DNA from: Lepidodermella squamata
Taxonomy: Eukaryota > Animalia > Gastrotricha
Direction of reading: 5' to 3'
Length of the DNA stretch: 64,000 nucleotides
NCBI GenBank assembly: GCA_047495785.1
Contig: JBLDXI010000024.1
Coordinates: 496,001 to 560,000 of the forward strand
A program made the position numbers and the translations under genes. Below are positions 50,732 through 64,000 of the stretch, piece by piece (position 1 is the first letter of the stretch; the number at the start of each line of letters is the position of its first letter). The notes below the pieces were generated by a model. The model was not told where the DNA came from and did no database searches. It was given only the letters and a program-made list of their open reading frames with translations.

Positions 50732-53039
50732 TTATGCATTCATAGTGGAAGACCGAGCTCCCACTTCAAATCTTGTGCCCGACAAAAACAGAGAACCATT
50801 GGTCGGATGAGGATTTGAATCAATAGGAAACGAATAAATAGCCAATAAAATAAGTAATAAAATGTTAAATAAAATGATTGCAAATAGCAATCGGCTGTTC
50901 GAAGAAGTCGAGAGATGCAACGTATTATTCAACAAACGAGCGAGCACTGTGTCCAAAGAGGACTTCCGCCACCTGTCTTCGACGGTGCGACGCATCCGCA
51001 CAACTGCAGGTACACTTTTCAGGGGAGAAGGCCGAATAAATAAACGAGGCACAATGCACTTGAGAATTCTCGCCCAATAAAGATAACTTGAAGCAACAGG
51101 CGCAGGTAGCGGACCTCCGGATCCGAAGAACAGCAACAGCCTGGAATTGAAAATATAGATAAAAAAATATCCAAGACCATATTACCTCACCTGGTATGCA
51201 CAACCGAGTGGATAGAGGTGGCCGGCAAAACTTCACCATCGACATTCCAATTAACAGATCTCGCGATGCCGAGTTCAATTTTTTCTTCGTCGATTTGTGG
51301 AGATTTAACTGTACACCGATACTCGCAACACGAACGGATGGCAGAAACTTTGATGATTTGACTTTTCTGATGATAAACAGCATCGATCCAGCCCCGAACG
51401 CTGGCTAGAAGGCCTAAGATCATGCGCAGCCGGCCACCGTTATGAGATATTATGAATATATGCGAAGTTGCATCGCTCAAATGGCATAAAGGAGCCAAGC
51501 CATGGACAAGAGCGCCAGGAATTCGCAGCGGTGATGCGTAAGCGTTCAAAGAGGAAATTGGCCCTGGTTCAACTGCAGCCCATCGCCATTCGCTCTTTGA
51601 TGACAGTGAAGAATTTCTTGGCAAGCCGTCATTCAATTTTACCCACTCCTCACAAATAGAGCAGCTGGAATATTGGAATCAAAATTATCAACTTACGAAA
51701 ACAATTTTAGCGACCTTACTCATAAGTGCATGGTTGAATGGCACTGACTCTCGATGTGTCGCGAGGTCGGTATTCTACCGCAACATTGTAAGGCTTGAAA
51801 GAGACGAAAGCGGAAATACCCGCCAGAATGCTTTTGATTTGCCCCAAATAAGCGAAACGCTTAATCCTTATTAACGTTTCTGTAAGAAAACCAGTGGCTA
51901 CAGCACTGAGAGCTACCCTGAAAATCGATAAATTAATCAATCAAGAAATTAATCAACTAATATCGCATTTTTACTTCGCAAAATATCCGTCAGCGAAAAC
52001 TGCTTGGACGTCCATGTAAGTAGTTGCTCCCAACGCAATGCAAATGGCAGCGATGTGGGGGTCTCGAGAACCAAACAATGTACAAGCTACAGCATCAGTA
52101 GAACCGGCAGGGATAATTCCGATCGGTTTGGCGAAAGAATTAAGTTCTGAGTCAGGAAGTATCGATGGGTATTTTGCGCTGTCTTTGAGTGCTCTCTGCG
52201 CGAACAAAGTACAGCCGGTAGCAAGTTCACCTAACGTTCCATCACCTGGAGAGACATCGCGCTTAGATGAAGTCGCATGACGTTTTTTTTCTCATACCTC
52301 CAACAACCACAAATGCATCGTATTTTTCCATGTCAGACGCATCCATAGATTGAATATAGTCTGAAATTCTGCCAGATAGCACGAACAAACTGCAGCAGTT
52401 CAGAGCATCTTGAAGCACTTCAGGCTTAATGGGTAACCCCGCGGGTGACGTGACAGCTGAAAAATCAAGAACCATTTAAGTGATAATAAGTTTCCGAAAT
52501 ACGACTATTTTTACCAACAACGTCGTATTTTATCTGAGCTATTGTAAAGTAAGGCAGAGCTGATTCCAAAAATACTTTGATAGCTCTCCCACCACCGCTG
52601 AGCACGTTGATGAAAACAAGCATGCGCCTTGGAACATTTCTCGACGCTGGAAAATTTACTGTATAACAAAGCCATATTAATATGATACCAACCTTTCAAT
52701 GTATCCAAATTGTTGCGAATAAAGTCGTACTCGGATAAGTAATAATCACCCATAAGTTATATCAGAAGAGCCTAAAAATAAACATCAGTGGACGGACTCG
52801 ACATTAAACGCGAATTTTCCAAATTCAATGCGCATTAGTCAATCTTGTAAGTCTGGTCAGCAATCAGCAAAGAGGAATTGAAGCGGTAATATCGAATTGG
52901 CCAAAGATGTTCAGATGAAAAAGAACGGCTATATATTCGGCCACCAAAAAGCCACCACGAGCGCAAGATGCCCAATTGAATCACCTTCCGCCTTTTCAAT
53001 GGTATCATTCAGGAATTCAATTCTCATTGCGACTTCCAT
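50732..53039 (-). CDS. CERK: Ceramide kinase-like (DAGK/sphingosine kinase family), multi-exon; 5' end uncertain
   Basis: RRMLVFINVLSGGG, VVVG|GDGTL, GIIPAGSTDAVAC, HGLAPLCHLSD and WNVDGEVL. PAGSTD is typical of CERK. Confidence 0.82.
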
Positions 53040-56000
53040 ATATAGTATATCAAGGTAATTAGAGCATTCCCGGACACATGACCCCAGCTTACATCAGATG
53101 GATCGGCAGCTAAGTCGGCCAACTTGAAACTTGAACAAAAAAGCGCGGGTCATCGATAACAAACATTTGTGGAAAACTTTAGTTATGCTCATCAAAATTA
53201 AAATAATGTTAAACAAGCTATATTTGCGCAAAACTATTTTACCTAAAATTGTCAAAATCTATTGGGCCTTGTTGTTTTTTTTTTAGATTTTCGTGTTAAA
53301 CTTGCTTGTTTTCGCCGGCGAAATGGTTTGTTTTTGGCGCAAAGCCGGCTCAGTGGCCTATCGCCGTGTTCTATATTTGACTCAGCAACAAGGCTACATT
53401 GCCAGATAGTAACGCAAAATTCTATCCATGGTTGTGTGAGATTCGACTTCCGATTTCGGATTAGACATAATATACAGCTCTCTTTAGTGTTTGACTTATA
53501 AGTAAGATCGTTCTTTTTTCTTAAATGTTACATTCATACCCAGATAAATTGAAAGCGTGCTGATTTTTTGGCCATGTAGAGATCCTCCAGAATCCACAAT
53601 CGGAACAATATGAAGCGGCAGCAAAGAACATTAGGCATTAGGCATTAGGCTACTTGTTGAAATCTCATATAGAATTTAGAATGTCATTTGAATATTGAAT
53701 ACTTAATTTGAGACCTGTACGACGGTTTTTCCCAGAGACGTAGCCAGGATTTATTTTTGGGGGTGATAATTGTTTTCTTATCGAGAATGGAATCGAGAAA
53801 ACACTTGAAAAGCCTGTTTGTGAGCTCGCGAGAAGCGAGCTGTAGCTGCTGCTTTTTGGGCATTTTCAAGATGAAAACAGGCTTAGAATGCGCTAAAAGT
53901 TGCATGGTTCTCAGAAAATTAGTAACTGGAGACCACTTTCATGATTTCTTTGAGGGGGATGGGGCTCTTCAATGTAAAATGACTTTTCCAGCCACGTGCT
54001 TGTTGAGCAATATTTCGATTCCCCCTAATAGGTGGAAAATTTGCAAAAATTTTAATAGGATGTTTCCTGATTTATAAGTTATAAAAACCGCATCCGATTT
54101 ATATTCGTTTCAGAGCCATGGTTTATAATTCGTGAGGACACCTATTTCGCACAGAGCTTTTATATATTTGAGCGATGTCAGAAATGAAAATTTTTAAAAG
54201 GCTGTGTTCGGCGCTATATTAGGCACATAAAATTCACGGAAATAGAGACACCTCGTTCAAAATAGAAAATATTGTTATCTAAGGAGAAATTCATCAAAAA
54301 TTTCACTTTTCATTCAGATATTTTTAAATGAATAACCTTTGATGAGCTATTTTTATGATGTAAGCTTTCTTACTGGTTGTGAAATACTTATTTTGGATCA
54401 ATTTCGTGAGAATTTGGCAAAATTCGGAAATGAGTTCTTTAGCAGAAAAAAAGAAAAAGTTCCGTTGTATAGATTGCTATGTACACCAATTTTCTCGGGT
54501 GAAATGCTTTCTGCCTCCAAATATTTGACTTTCTGGCACTAATTGCGAAAATTCAAAAATTACCGTATAATATGTGTTTTCTTACCGCCATTTGGAGTTG
54601 GACACTATCTTGGCATAATAAATTATAAATGTTGGACTGAGGATATTATTTTATGTTAAATCCTTAAAATCAGCGATTTTATATACTGTTATTGGACATT
54701 TTGATTCTTGAAAATGGGGTAGAAACCGCAAATTTCTGGCAAGTAAACCTAAATCGGCAGTAAGCCTTGTTTTGGTGGCGAAGAAACCAAAAGGATGACA
54801 AGTAACTTGATAGCAATTTTTGAATTTTCGCATTTAGTTGCAGGAAATCCAATTCTGGTCGCAAGAAATACCTCGATCTTGCGCAATCATCGTGATTGAA
54901 AATTGAAAAATTATCCGCGTGTTGATTTATCACAGCTGGTTTGCTACAAATTTCAACCCTATATGACACTTTTCTGTCTTTTTGCTGGTTGTCTGAAATT
55001 CTCTCGAAAAATTCGATCAAGGTCTGGCTCGTGCGCCGCGTGCAGCTAGCGAAAGTTGACTGCCCTGACCGAATGAAGATCAAATCGCAGCTTCACTCTG
55101 TCCGCTGAAGACTCGATGATTTTATTAGAAAAACCAATCTTTTTCAGTAATTTAGTTGCTGCATTTCTACGTTATTAGCGAAATTAATTATTGAATTCAG
55201 TATTCGGGATTGCGCTGTTAGTTCTTATTTGAATATTGAGGAAACAAATTTGTTTTAGAATGAACACTGTTTTGCTGTTGGCAAACGAGGAAGTTTTAGT
55301 ATTTATCAACTGATTTAGAACTTTGAACTGTCGTCGGCCTGTCTCTGATTATCAGCGTTTATTGGACCGTTTCCTCAGTCAAACTATCATTACCGTTCCG
55401 CGCTATTCGGTTTATCCTTTTGTGCGGCGTTTTATTGTGGATTTATTTGACTGCCTTGCCGCTTTTTATGGTGGGCATGTTTTCTTCTGTTTTATTTGTG
55501 CAGGATGACACATTCGTAACTAAACGTGCAATTTCTTCGTCATATTTTTGATGAATATTTCGCGAAACGTTCATTTGCTTGAAAACAGTCGTGCTTTTAG
55601 CGAACAAAAGTGTGACATATCTCGTTGGTTCTATTCCCAGCGATTTCGTGCGCGCATCTTTGGCGGCAGATATTCACTGGTTCGTTTCGCACTTCTTTAT
55701 CTATTTCGCGACATCGCTTTGATATTAGCGAGATGCGACGCGGCCACCTTTGGTTTCGCTCGTGTTCTTGCATAATAAAACTCGCGTACATGAGCAAATT
55801 TGAAAAAGCCTTGCTATTACGAGCACTTGAACCGCTTAATTTCACACTCCGACTTCTTTTTCCACGCAGCGTGTAGGCATATGGCTCATCAGTGGGCTCA
55901 GTCCTCTCACTCCCATTGCAATGTCTTGTAACAACAATCATCTCATTGGCATTACTAATAATAATAACAACAAGGGAAGGAAACAATAATAATAATACAA

Positions 56001-59000
56001 CAATAGCGAAGTTAGGCTTCACTGCTGATAGGATAACAAGGCGCCGGACTCGTGCTAATTAGGTGGTATGGGAATGTTCCATTGCGAAATAATAAACAAA
56101 ACACTCTGCGCTATACCCAACGGCGCTTTCGTTAGACGTGTGCAATTGATGGGCAGGGCTTTCTGGCGCCTCCCGGTAAGGTGCGCACGTTGTGTTGTTG
56201 CGCAACCCAGGTTTTTGGCGACCGAGCGCGAAGTAGCGCACTGCCTTCAGCGCCTCGCGTTATTTCGTCAAAGTGAGAAGCAATAATAGGTAAGGGCTAT
56301 CGATTGTTTATTTTGAACAGAACGTGCGATATTAGGCTCGTAACTCCTGTTGTTGCTGCTGCCTTGTCGTTGTTACCTTCACGATGGGGCTCCGGCAGTT
56401 GGGCAGCATGTTGCGCCTCTTCCGCAGGCGCGCCCGGTCTGTTGCCGGCCGGGGCTTGGCGGTTGTTTGTTGACGACACAGTCCGAAAGCAACAACACTG
56501 CGGTGCCACAGACTCGGATGCTTATAAATTTGTTTGCTCTTGCCAACGTAACTTGTTAACTGAGGAGCGGATGGATAACAAGTGGCGTTAGTCTTAAGTA
56601 AGATATACCCGAATATATAGCAATTTTCCCAGCCAGCTCCTAACGCCTCTATTCTGTGAATCTCACGCGTCTCACATGATGCAAATGTGAATTGCCCCCA
56701 TTACGTGCGCTCGTTTCCGTTTTTGTTTTCTTCTCACCAGCGTAATTGTTATTTATTACACTTATTGAGGTAATTTACGGGCTGTATAACTATTACAATT
56801 ATGGTCTCATTCTTTGACTCTCTGAGCCAAGAAGTAAGTCAAATATCACGGCGAAAAGTGAGGTATTGTCTCGTAGTTGCGCATAAATAGTCGCAATTTT
56901 TTCTTTTGTTCCGCCTCGTTAGCGCTTGCTTTTTCGCTCTCACGTTTTCTAGGCAGCGGCATCCTGCATTAGGCGTGTGCGCGGCGGCCTTTCCGTGTCT
57001 TATCGCTTCTTTATGGCCTCGGCGACATGTGTGGGAGTAAAATGTGCTGGCTGTCAACCAAACCGCCGGACCTATGCTTTGTTCTTCGTGTCCTGACGCG
57101 CTCGCCTCGGACCAGCTTTTATATCTGCGACTTTACCGCGAGCGAGCGAGAGAGCACACGTCTTATATTACCCTCTCGACGGCGGCGTTCTTTGCCTGGC
57201 CAGCCGTCCACGTTTTTCCTTGCCCTGTCGTCCGCGTGTATTAACACTTCGGGTACGCAAACCCGTCTTCGGCATACCACCGGCACGGTGTGCGGTTTGT
57301 ATGCGTTTGAGATATAAGCTGTAATGATGCCGCTTGCGGCAGCAAACACCATAATGGCGCGCTTTCTTTGTGTGAAAGGCGAAGACGATGGCCGAGAATG
57401 CTATTATGACGAAGACACTGATGAAACTACTATATCATCTCTTCTTCATCTTCGCCTGTCTTGCTGTGCTGTCACACATGCAATCGTGTAGTATAACGTC
57501 AACTTTGCATGTCATGATTTGTCGCGTTACAAGACGGCAGTAAGGCGTATATTATACCCATGAGGACTCATCTTCCTTCAAGCTCTTGTTGTAGTGTATT
57601 TCTTAGGTACCTGTATAGTTTATTTTATCGGCCATCTTCACCAAGGACCGGTCGTTAATTCAAAGACCATTGGCTTAGAATACATAAAGCCCCTCTGTTC
57701 ACTGTTGCACGCACGAGGCCCTCGTCTAAATGCACTTGCGTCTGCGGCAGTGAGACAACGCACCGGATCATTTCGTACAATACTTATTCAAATTAACCTG
57801 ATGATATTATATTTTTTCTCTTCCATTTTTAGACCTATGTTATTACACCAAAATTTGACCTCTACCATGATTAATTGGAAAAATGCGCGATATGATTACG
57901 GCGTCATGCGTCACTGAGTTTTTTGTAATAATTATTGCTGTTATTTCCACACACACCTTCGCGTGCATGTGCTACGCCGTGTAATATACACGCTTGCCGG
58001 GTGAGCATTCAGAAAGAGAGAGATGCTAATCCTTGCTATTCACCCCAGACCTCCCGTGATTTTTTAGCAGGCTATTGTTATTTTTTATTCTAGCAATAAT
58101 TTACCGGTAGACGAAAAAGTCCATATAATCCGCGCCTTATTACTACTGCCAACACGCGGCGGCACTTGTCAAAATTATATTTTTAGGTTTTTTGAAATAT
58201 TGTGTGAGTAAATTGCTGTTTTCTGATAATACACACATTTCACGCGTTATTTTAACACCACTTTTCACACGTCTCGGCATTTCATTGAGATTTTACCGTG
58301 AATTAACCTTTGTTTTCACAACAAAATTTATTATTATGTTTTTTCCTATTACCATTTTAATAGTGGAAGTAATGAAAACTGTCGTTCAAATATTATCGCC
58401 GTAGAGGAGGAATGTCGCAAAATGTGTAGCGTGCTTCGCGCGAGTGTTTATACTCACGTATGTTTCAGGAACGGTGCTAGAGGATGTCCAGCTAAATTTA
58501 TATTTATACTTTCCACGACCATGTTATCATATGACGTTTATCGCCGTAATCGCGCACGAATCAGATATTTCCGCGAGCTGTAGCATCTCTCGCAGTTGAA
58601 TTCCGTTACTTGTTCAAGGAGGGCAGGCAGGGTGTGTCAGTGGTTGCTTGTTCATTGCACCGATAGCATCGCGCCCGGCAACAAGTAATGATGCGCGCGC
58701 GTGCTTGTCTGTGTCTTCATCCGTGAGGCCATCTGGCTGCGATGTTATTGCTCCCGGAAATGGCAACATTTTCAGTGTATAACGATAATATAACAATCAG
58801 CTGCCTGATTGAAACATCAGCTGCAGCGGCCGTGCGCGTTAATTTCCATTTGCATCCAATTTACCGTTAACGGTTAGGCAATGATACAACGCCGCGTCTT
58901 GTCTTGTTCACACCGCAATGATTTTTCCCTCGGGCGCGCCTTGTTTCTGTTGCTGGTGTAATAATCGCAAATTAATAGCCGGCTATCTTGTTTTTGGCGC

Positions 59001-59504
59001 TCACATTCCAGCTGTTTATCTCTGCGCTGTTGGGCGGTTTTACAGCCCCGAAAATGTTCCTCTACTTAACCGATTTACATTCTTTCACTCACTTGTCGAT
59101 TTTGTTGCCTTCAAAGTCGAAAACTGCCGATGCTGAACAAGTTGTGGTTGGAGAGGCGGCATCGCTTTGCTCGGAGGGCGAAAAACTGACGGAGCGATCG
59201 GCGGCACGGGCGCCCTGCCGAGTCCATGTGTGTTCCAGCTATTTCGGCGCGCACGGACAGAGGTGATCCGAGGCGGGGGGCACCTGATCGACAGTGCGCG
59301 CATCCAGGAGTCCAAGGCGCGCGGCTCTTGAACCGCCTCGAGTGGATCACATTACGAGTGTGCGCATACTCGCGCCCCAGGATGCACAATGCGGACCCTT
59401 CAGATTAGCGACTAATCGCGATATCATTGCCAGATCTGCACTCTCGAGCGGATCCAGTCATTCATTCGCAATTTCCTTTGATAGCAAGATCTCCGTTTTT
59501 CATC

Positions 59505-62500
59505 ATGGTTCTGAACCGTCAACCGACGCCGCGTAGAAACAGGCCCCTAGCCTACACGCCGTCACAAATTTTGAACAACAAAACGTTCGCTCAGTTTTTC
59601 GAATCTGCTACCTCTGTCGAAGAGCTAGTCGCACTATCGGCCGCTGTCCAAGCCGCCGCTGCCACGACACCTTCATTGCCGCGATCGGCCCGCGCCGCCT
59701 TTGCCCTCCGTCGCCGCAACACCTCAGTCTCGCCTCCGTCGCCCTCCGACTCCGCCGTCATCGACAGCCTCAACACCACACCGACCACAACTTGTACACC
59801 ATCGGCAGTCATCGGCTCAACACCCTCTCGTTTGTGGTCTAGGATCAAGCGTTGTCGTTCCGTTCTAGCGCAACAGGTTAACATTTTAATTTTAAGTAGT
59901 AGTAAGTAAAAACTAGCACGCGAGTGTTAATTGCCGCGCGGCGTCGCTCGCTTATAGGTGTCATATCATTCGCGGCGGTTCTTTTCATGCCGATGTAAAA
60001 TCTCACTTGTAAAGCCGTCATTTGCTCGCTAAGCCACGACATTAATACATTAATACGCCACTAAAAGGGGTGCGCGACTCTTGTCACACGTCCAAAAACA
60101 CGCCGCTTTGTTAGCTTTTGCCGACGTGTAAATTAATCAGCCTACGTGACCAAGTGGGACACGATATGGTTGCGGAATGTCGCAAGATCAGCGATAAGTG
60201 TCGTTCACCCGATAAGTATCGCGCGCTATAGCAAAATCCGGCCGCTACGATCCGGAGCCATATGGACCTGCTCACTTTCAATCGTTTTTCATGAAATTAT
60301 TTTCAACTAATGAGTCGAGGAACGGTAGCAGCACCGCCCTAATAACAGGGCAATGCTCATTAGCGAGCATGTCATTAGCGCGCGTCCTGTCTGGCATACC
60401 CCGACCGTCGACAGCGATAATCTTGTAATTGCAAGTGCGGCCCGCGACGCGTTCAAGACGCTTGCCTCGACGATCGCATTGCGAAATCTCGAAAACGTAG
60501 ATTTAAATGTATTTATCATTTGTTTATTATTCCACCTCGGTGAAAACATCCCGGCTTTCACCAGCGCGCGGGGTAGCAATGTTTATGTTTTTGCGTGAAC
60601 TTGCCTACGTGATGGTTGACAAAGGCAGGAGTGGCTTATTTCAATGTGAGCCCGCTTCTATCTCTCCATTTCAAAGGGCGTGCATTTCGTAATGATGAGC
60701 TGCGCGCGTAGCATCTTTCCATGCGAAATTACTGAAATCTTACGCCGTATCAATGTCATCTTCCCTTTATATCTATCCTTAATCCCACCGTCTTAACGTC
60801 GCGTTTAGAATTCAATTTAGATTTCATCAGCGCTTGATTGTTGCAATGCCACCCTTTGCGTAGACATGAATTTTCACCTAATTTCCTATTAAATTTTACA
60901 TTTTCTTTAATTTTTGTTTCTTGTTTCCTCCACGTCTAGATGGCTACAACAGATAAAAGAATAGATATTGTTTTATTAGACGGATCGACACTCACTTTTT
61001 CAGTTAAGGTTTGTTGAATATACGTGATTATTTTGTTTTCAGTGATTCACCACCGTTTACTTTTTACAGGCCCGTATGCAAGGGCGTGAGCTCTTCGAAG
61101 CAGTCGTTTCACATTTACGCCTCCGACACAGCGAAAGTTTCGGTCTTGCGTATCAACTCGATGGGTAAATTTACAACTCCGTTTTTCACCTTGTTTATTT
61201 TGACGAGCGCCAGTTGCTTGAGTGTACCTAATAATAGAGTGTTACAAGCGGCGGCTGGTACTTTTGAAGTGGTTCACTGGTTGGCAGTAGTACCTAGCGT
61301 CACAAATGAATTTACGGTGCTTAGGAATTTAGGCGCGGCTTGCCTTTGAGCGGCTCGCAAATGAGCGAGATCATCCTCCTTGATACTCTCGGAATGAGCG
61401 TGCCGAGTTGGCGCTGTGCGCGCGCGCGTGGCCACTAGCGTTGCGCGCTTTGATGTAACCGGCCGCAATAGTTTTCGTGTCGTAACCATCGTCGTCCGGA
61501 TGTCGCATATACAATTTATCTGCGCTTAGCATCAATAACCCAGCACTTCTGATTACCTCCAGGCATTAGACTTGTTTCAAGGGTAGCACTTCATTTCCTG
61601 CCACTTCTACAGAATATTGCGACTTCATGCGCGCTCAGTTACCTGAAACACACCCTCACCATCTCAGAAAATTGTAACGTTAGTCTAGACGATATCCATC
61701 GACTCGACGGTTGTTCGTACATCGCGGATTAGGTAGATATCCCAAAATTTGAGTTTAATCCTCGAAGTAAGCCCTTGAACAAACTGCTATATTGCAACAA
61801 ACAGGTTTCATACTGCCCACCATTTGGCACAATATCTGCCTTTATTACCCTTACTCACGATAGCGATAGTGTCTGTGTCTACCAGTGAGGTGTGCCATGT
61901 GGTTGAGAGCACGTGGCGCGCAAATCTATCGAGAAGTCGCGTGGCTTCGGCGATTGGCCTCTCGGTACTAGTCGAGCGCAATTAAGGAGGCTGGGTTAAT
62001 AATAAACTTGCGCGCGCTTCGTCGTCGGCTTCTTTTTGTTGTTAATGGCGCGGAGAGGCAGACACAGCGCAGTGGCGGTCGCTCGCGGCAGTTTCGGCAC
62101 TCGCGGCGCGCGTATGAGGGTAATCGGGCGAGAGGACTTAATGCCTTAACGTCGGCATCAGTCTGGTGCCAGCGCGAAACTAGCAATTTTACATTAGCCG
62201 GTCAGGTAATTGCGGGTTCAACTTGCCCGCAAACGAACTAACCTGTGGGCCCCTGACTGCGAAACGCGTGCTCACTAGTCTCTCGACAGCAGTTCAAGAA
62301 TACTTGTGGCCTTGTTGAGACTTTGTCCGTTTGTTGCATCCAACTTGCTCGCGAGTCGCGCTATTAGCAGTTTGTTTACCATCTCGTGTTCGTATCTCGT
62401 GTTAGGAGCGCTTCTCATGGTGCTATCAAAACAGCCTTAATGCTCATTGTCTGTTTTAATTGAAATACCTACTATTTACTTTTGCACTCATCCTGCAACG

Positions 62501-62660
62501 GGCGCTCGTCTCCATGTCTTCACGAGCACGATTGTTTATCTTTACCTAAAATCTTTGTCTATTTTCTCTCCCATAGCGATTACTTCCATTGGCTTGATTT
62601 GGACAAGAAAGTTCTACGGCAAGACGTCACTCGTGTTTCGACGCTCTATTTTCGGATCAG
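59505..62660 (+). CDS. FERM-domain protein, FRMD4-like, 5' exons only (continues beyond recognisable exons or the window)
   Basis: Exons 60940-61008 (MATTDKRIDIVLLDGSTLTFSVK), 61070-61164 (ARMQGRELFEAVVSHLRLRHSESFGLAYQLDG) and 62577-62660 (DYFHWLDLDKKVLRQDVTRVSTLYFRI) splice in phase and form a FERM F1 lobe. Upstream exon 59505-59876 joins in phase 0. Confidence 0.8.
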
Positions 62661-63010
62661 GTATGTTTTTCCCACACTTTTCGGGCGTTGTGTGTGCTTA
62701 GCATTGGTTAATTCGGCAAATATTCCGTGTTTTGCGGGCGCGCGCGCTGCGCTCATTGTGTGCCCGATCCAAGTCGTGAGCCGCGCAACTACTCACCCTA
62801 CCGCAGCAGTGTTCCTCGACAGCAATTTGCATTTATTTCACCTGCACACCACAATTTGCGGCTGACAACGAATTTCAGCTACGGCCCCGGTTAATGTGTT
62901 CGCTCGCTTTATTTTGTGCTGTAAATATGCCAGCGCTCGCGTCGTGGCATTTTGCGACGAAGCGTTTAATGTTGGCAGCCCTAATTTAAATTTAGGAGGT
63001 AGGACGTAGA

Positions 63011-63034
63011 ATATATATATATATATATATATAT
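63011..63034. repeat. (AT)n microsatellite
   Basis: ATATATATATATATATATATATAT. Confidence 0.9.
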
Positions 63035-64000
63035 GGCAAACCTTTCAGAGCGCGTGAGCTCACGTGAGCACAACACAGCAATTCAACATTTTTGGGCATT
63101 TTAATGACACCCCAATTTTGCGCAACCGTTGCCGTATTTGAATTAGCGCGCATTGAGCACGCGCGGCTCAGTCAGCCATAGTAACAACTGCTGAGCGTTT
63201 TTTCGACAACTACCCCGACAGTCCTACTGTTTTGCGAGCTTTTCAAGAGAGCAGCCCTAAACACTTATGTGCGACTCCCGTCTAGTGCGCACCTGGCCCT
63301 TGACGCGTCAAGAGTAGGGATGTCCGTTTCGGTTTATTGCGTGTTGCCTCCGGCCGTTTGGTTTATTTATTGTGTCATTTTCGAAGCGAATATACCTATG
63401 CGCGTAATCAATGTCACGTCCATTTCCGATGAGCACCTCATCGCTTTGTCGCTACTGCTATAATTGTCTTGGCGTTTGCTGAGACGGATAGTGCGATTGA
63501 AGATTATCTCGAGCCGCGCGCTTTGCATCATGTCGACGATGTGTACAAAACAACACGCGGCACACGGCCGACAACGGGCCCCACCCGTTATTGCATAAAT
63601 TATGCAAACATTTATGCATCATCACTGTTTTCCGGTGCACTTCACCGCCCTGTTCGTTATCTTATTGAATGTCATCGCACGCGCGTATTTTGTCAGCACG
63701 TATTCTTTATTACGGTATCCCGTCGGCCAATTTACGCTGCGACGCCAGAGTAGCGTTGACGCTAATCCGCGCGCCCGTTCGGTCCCATTATTATTTTGTT
63801 TTGCTTTCTTCTCGCGTCTTGTGCGCGCACACCTCCAGCTATGCAAATCCCATTATCATCGTCTGGTCTCACTGGTCCGGTATAACTAAGCTATAAATCT
63901 GCTATATCTCTTCCTGGCAGGTGTTCTGTGCGGCACACAGCAGTAGCTCACCCCGTTGCGCGCGATGAAACGTCTTTTTGTTCCGTTTCTGTTTGTCGAG

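Noticed and set aside
55000-59400. Numerous 60-140-aa ORFs on both strands
   Set aside because: They have no recognisable domains and overlap in several frames, as expected by chance in GC-richer regulatory DNA.
1-64000. Alternative genetic code or stop-codon readthrough to explain fragmented ORFs
   Set aside because: The breaks examined in conserved genes are explained by short GT-AG (occasionally GC-AG) introns under the standard code.

Overview
This is eukaryotic (animal-type) genomic DNA from a compact genome with many ~50-60 nt spliceosomal introns. About 12 host genes are recognisable, in order: an OATP/SLCO transporter (-), MFSD4-like (+), NDUFA12 (+), ANKRD26-like ankyrin/coiled-coil (+), a MOLO-1/TPM-like membrane protein (-), a USF/MiT-type bHLH-ZIP factor (-), DRP1/DNM1L (-), a FAAH2-like amidase (+), HSCB/HSC20 (+), DCP1 (+), ceramide kinase (-) and the 5' exons of an FRMD4-like FERM gene (+). 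The most striking element is a 2,714-bp insertion (22313-25026) with Maverick/Polinton-type ends: 5'-AGTAGT...ACTACT-3', ~190-bp TIRs built from 62-63-bp tandem units, and a perfect 6-bp TSD (ATCTAC). It has no recognisable polymerase, integrase or capsid gene, but carries an intact intron-containing dUTPase and other small, partly spliced Cys-rich ORFs. Other mobile DNA includes a hAT-type MITE, an internally deleted MULE nested in an older inverted-repeat element, and a 3.57-kb TA-flanked Tc1/mariner-type element. That last element lacks a transposase, carries triplicated decayed coding-like cargo and interrupts a 163-codon reading frame. Exon boundaries were inferred by eye and protein identities come from recalled family motifs, not database searches.
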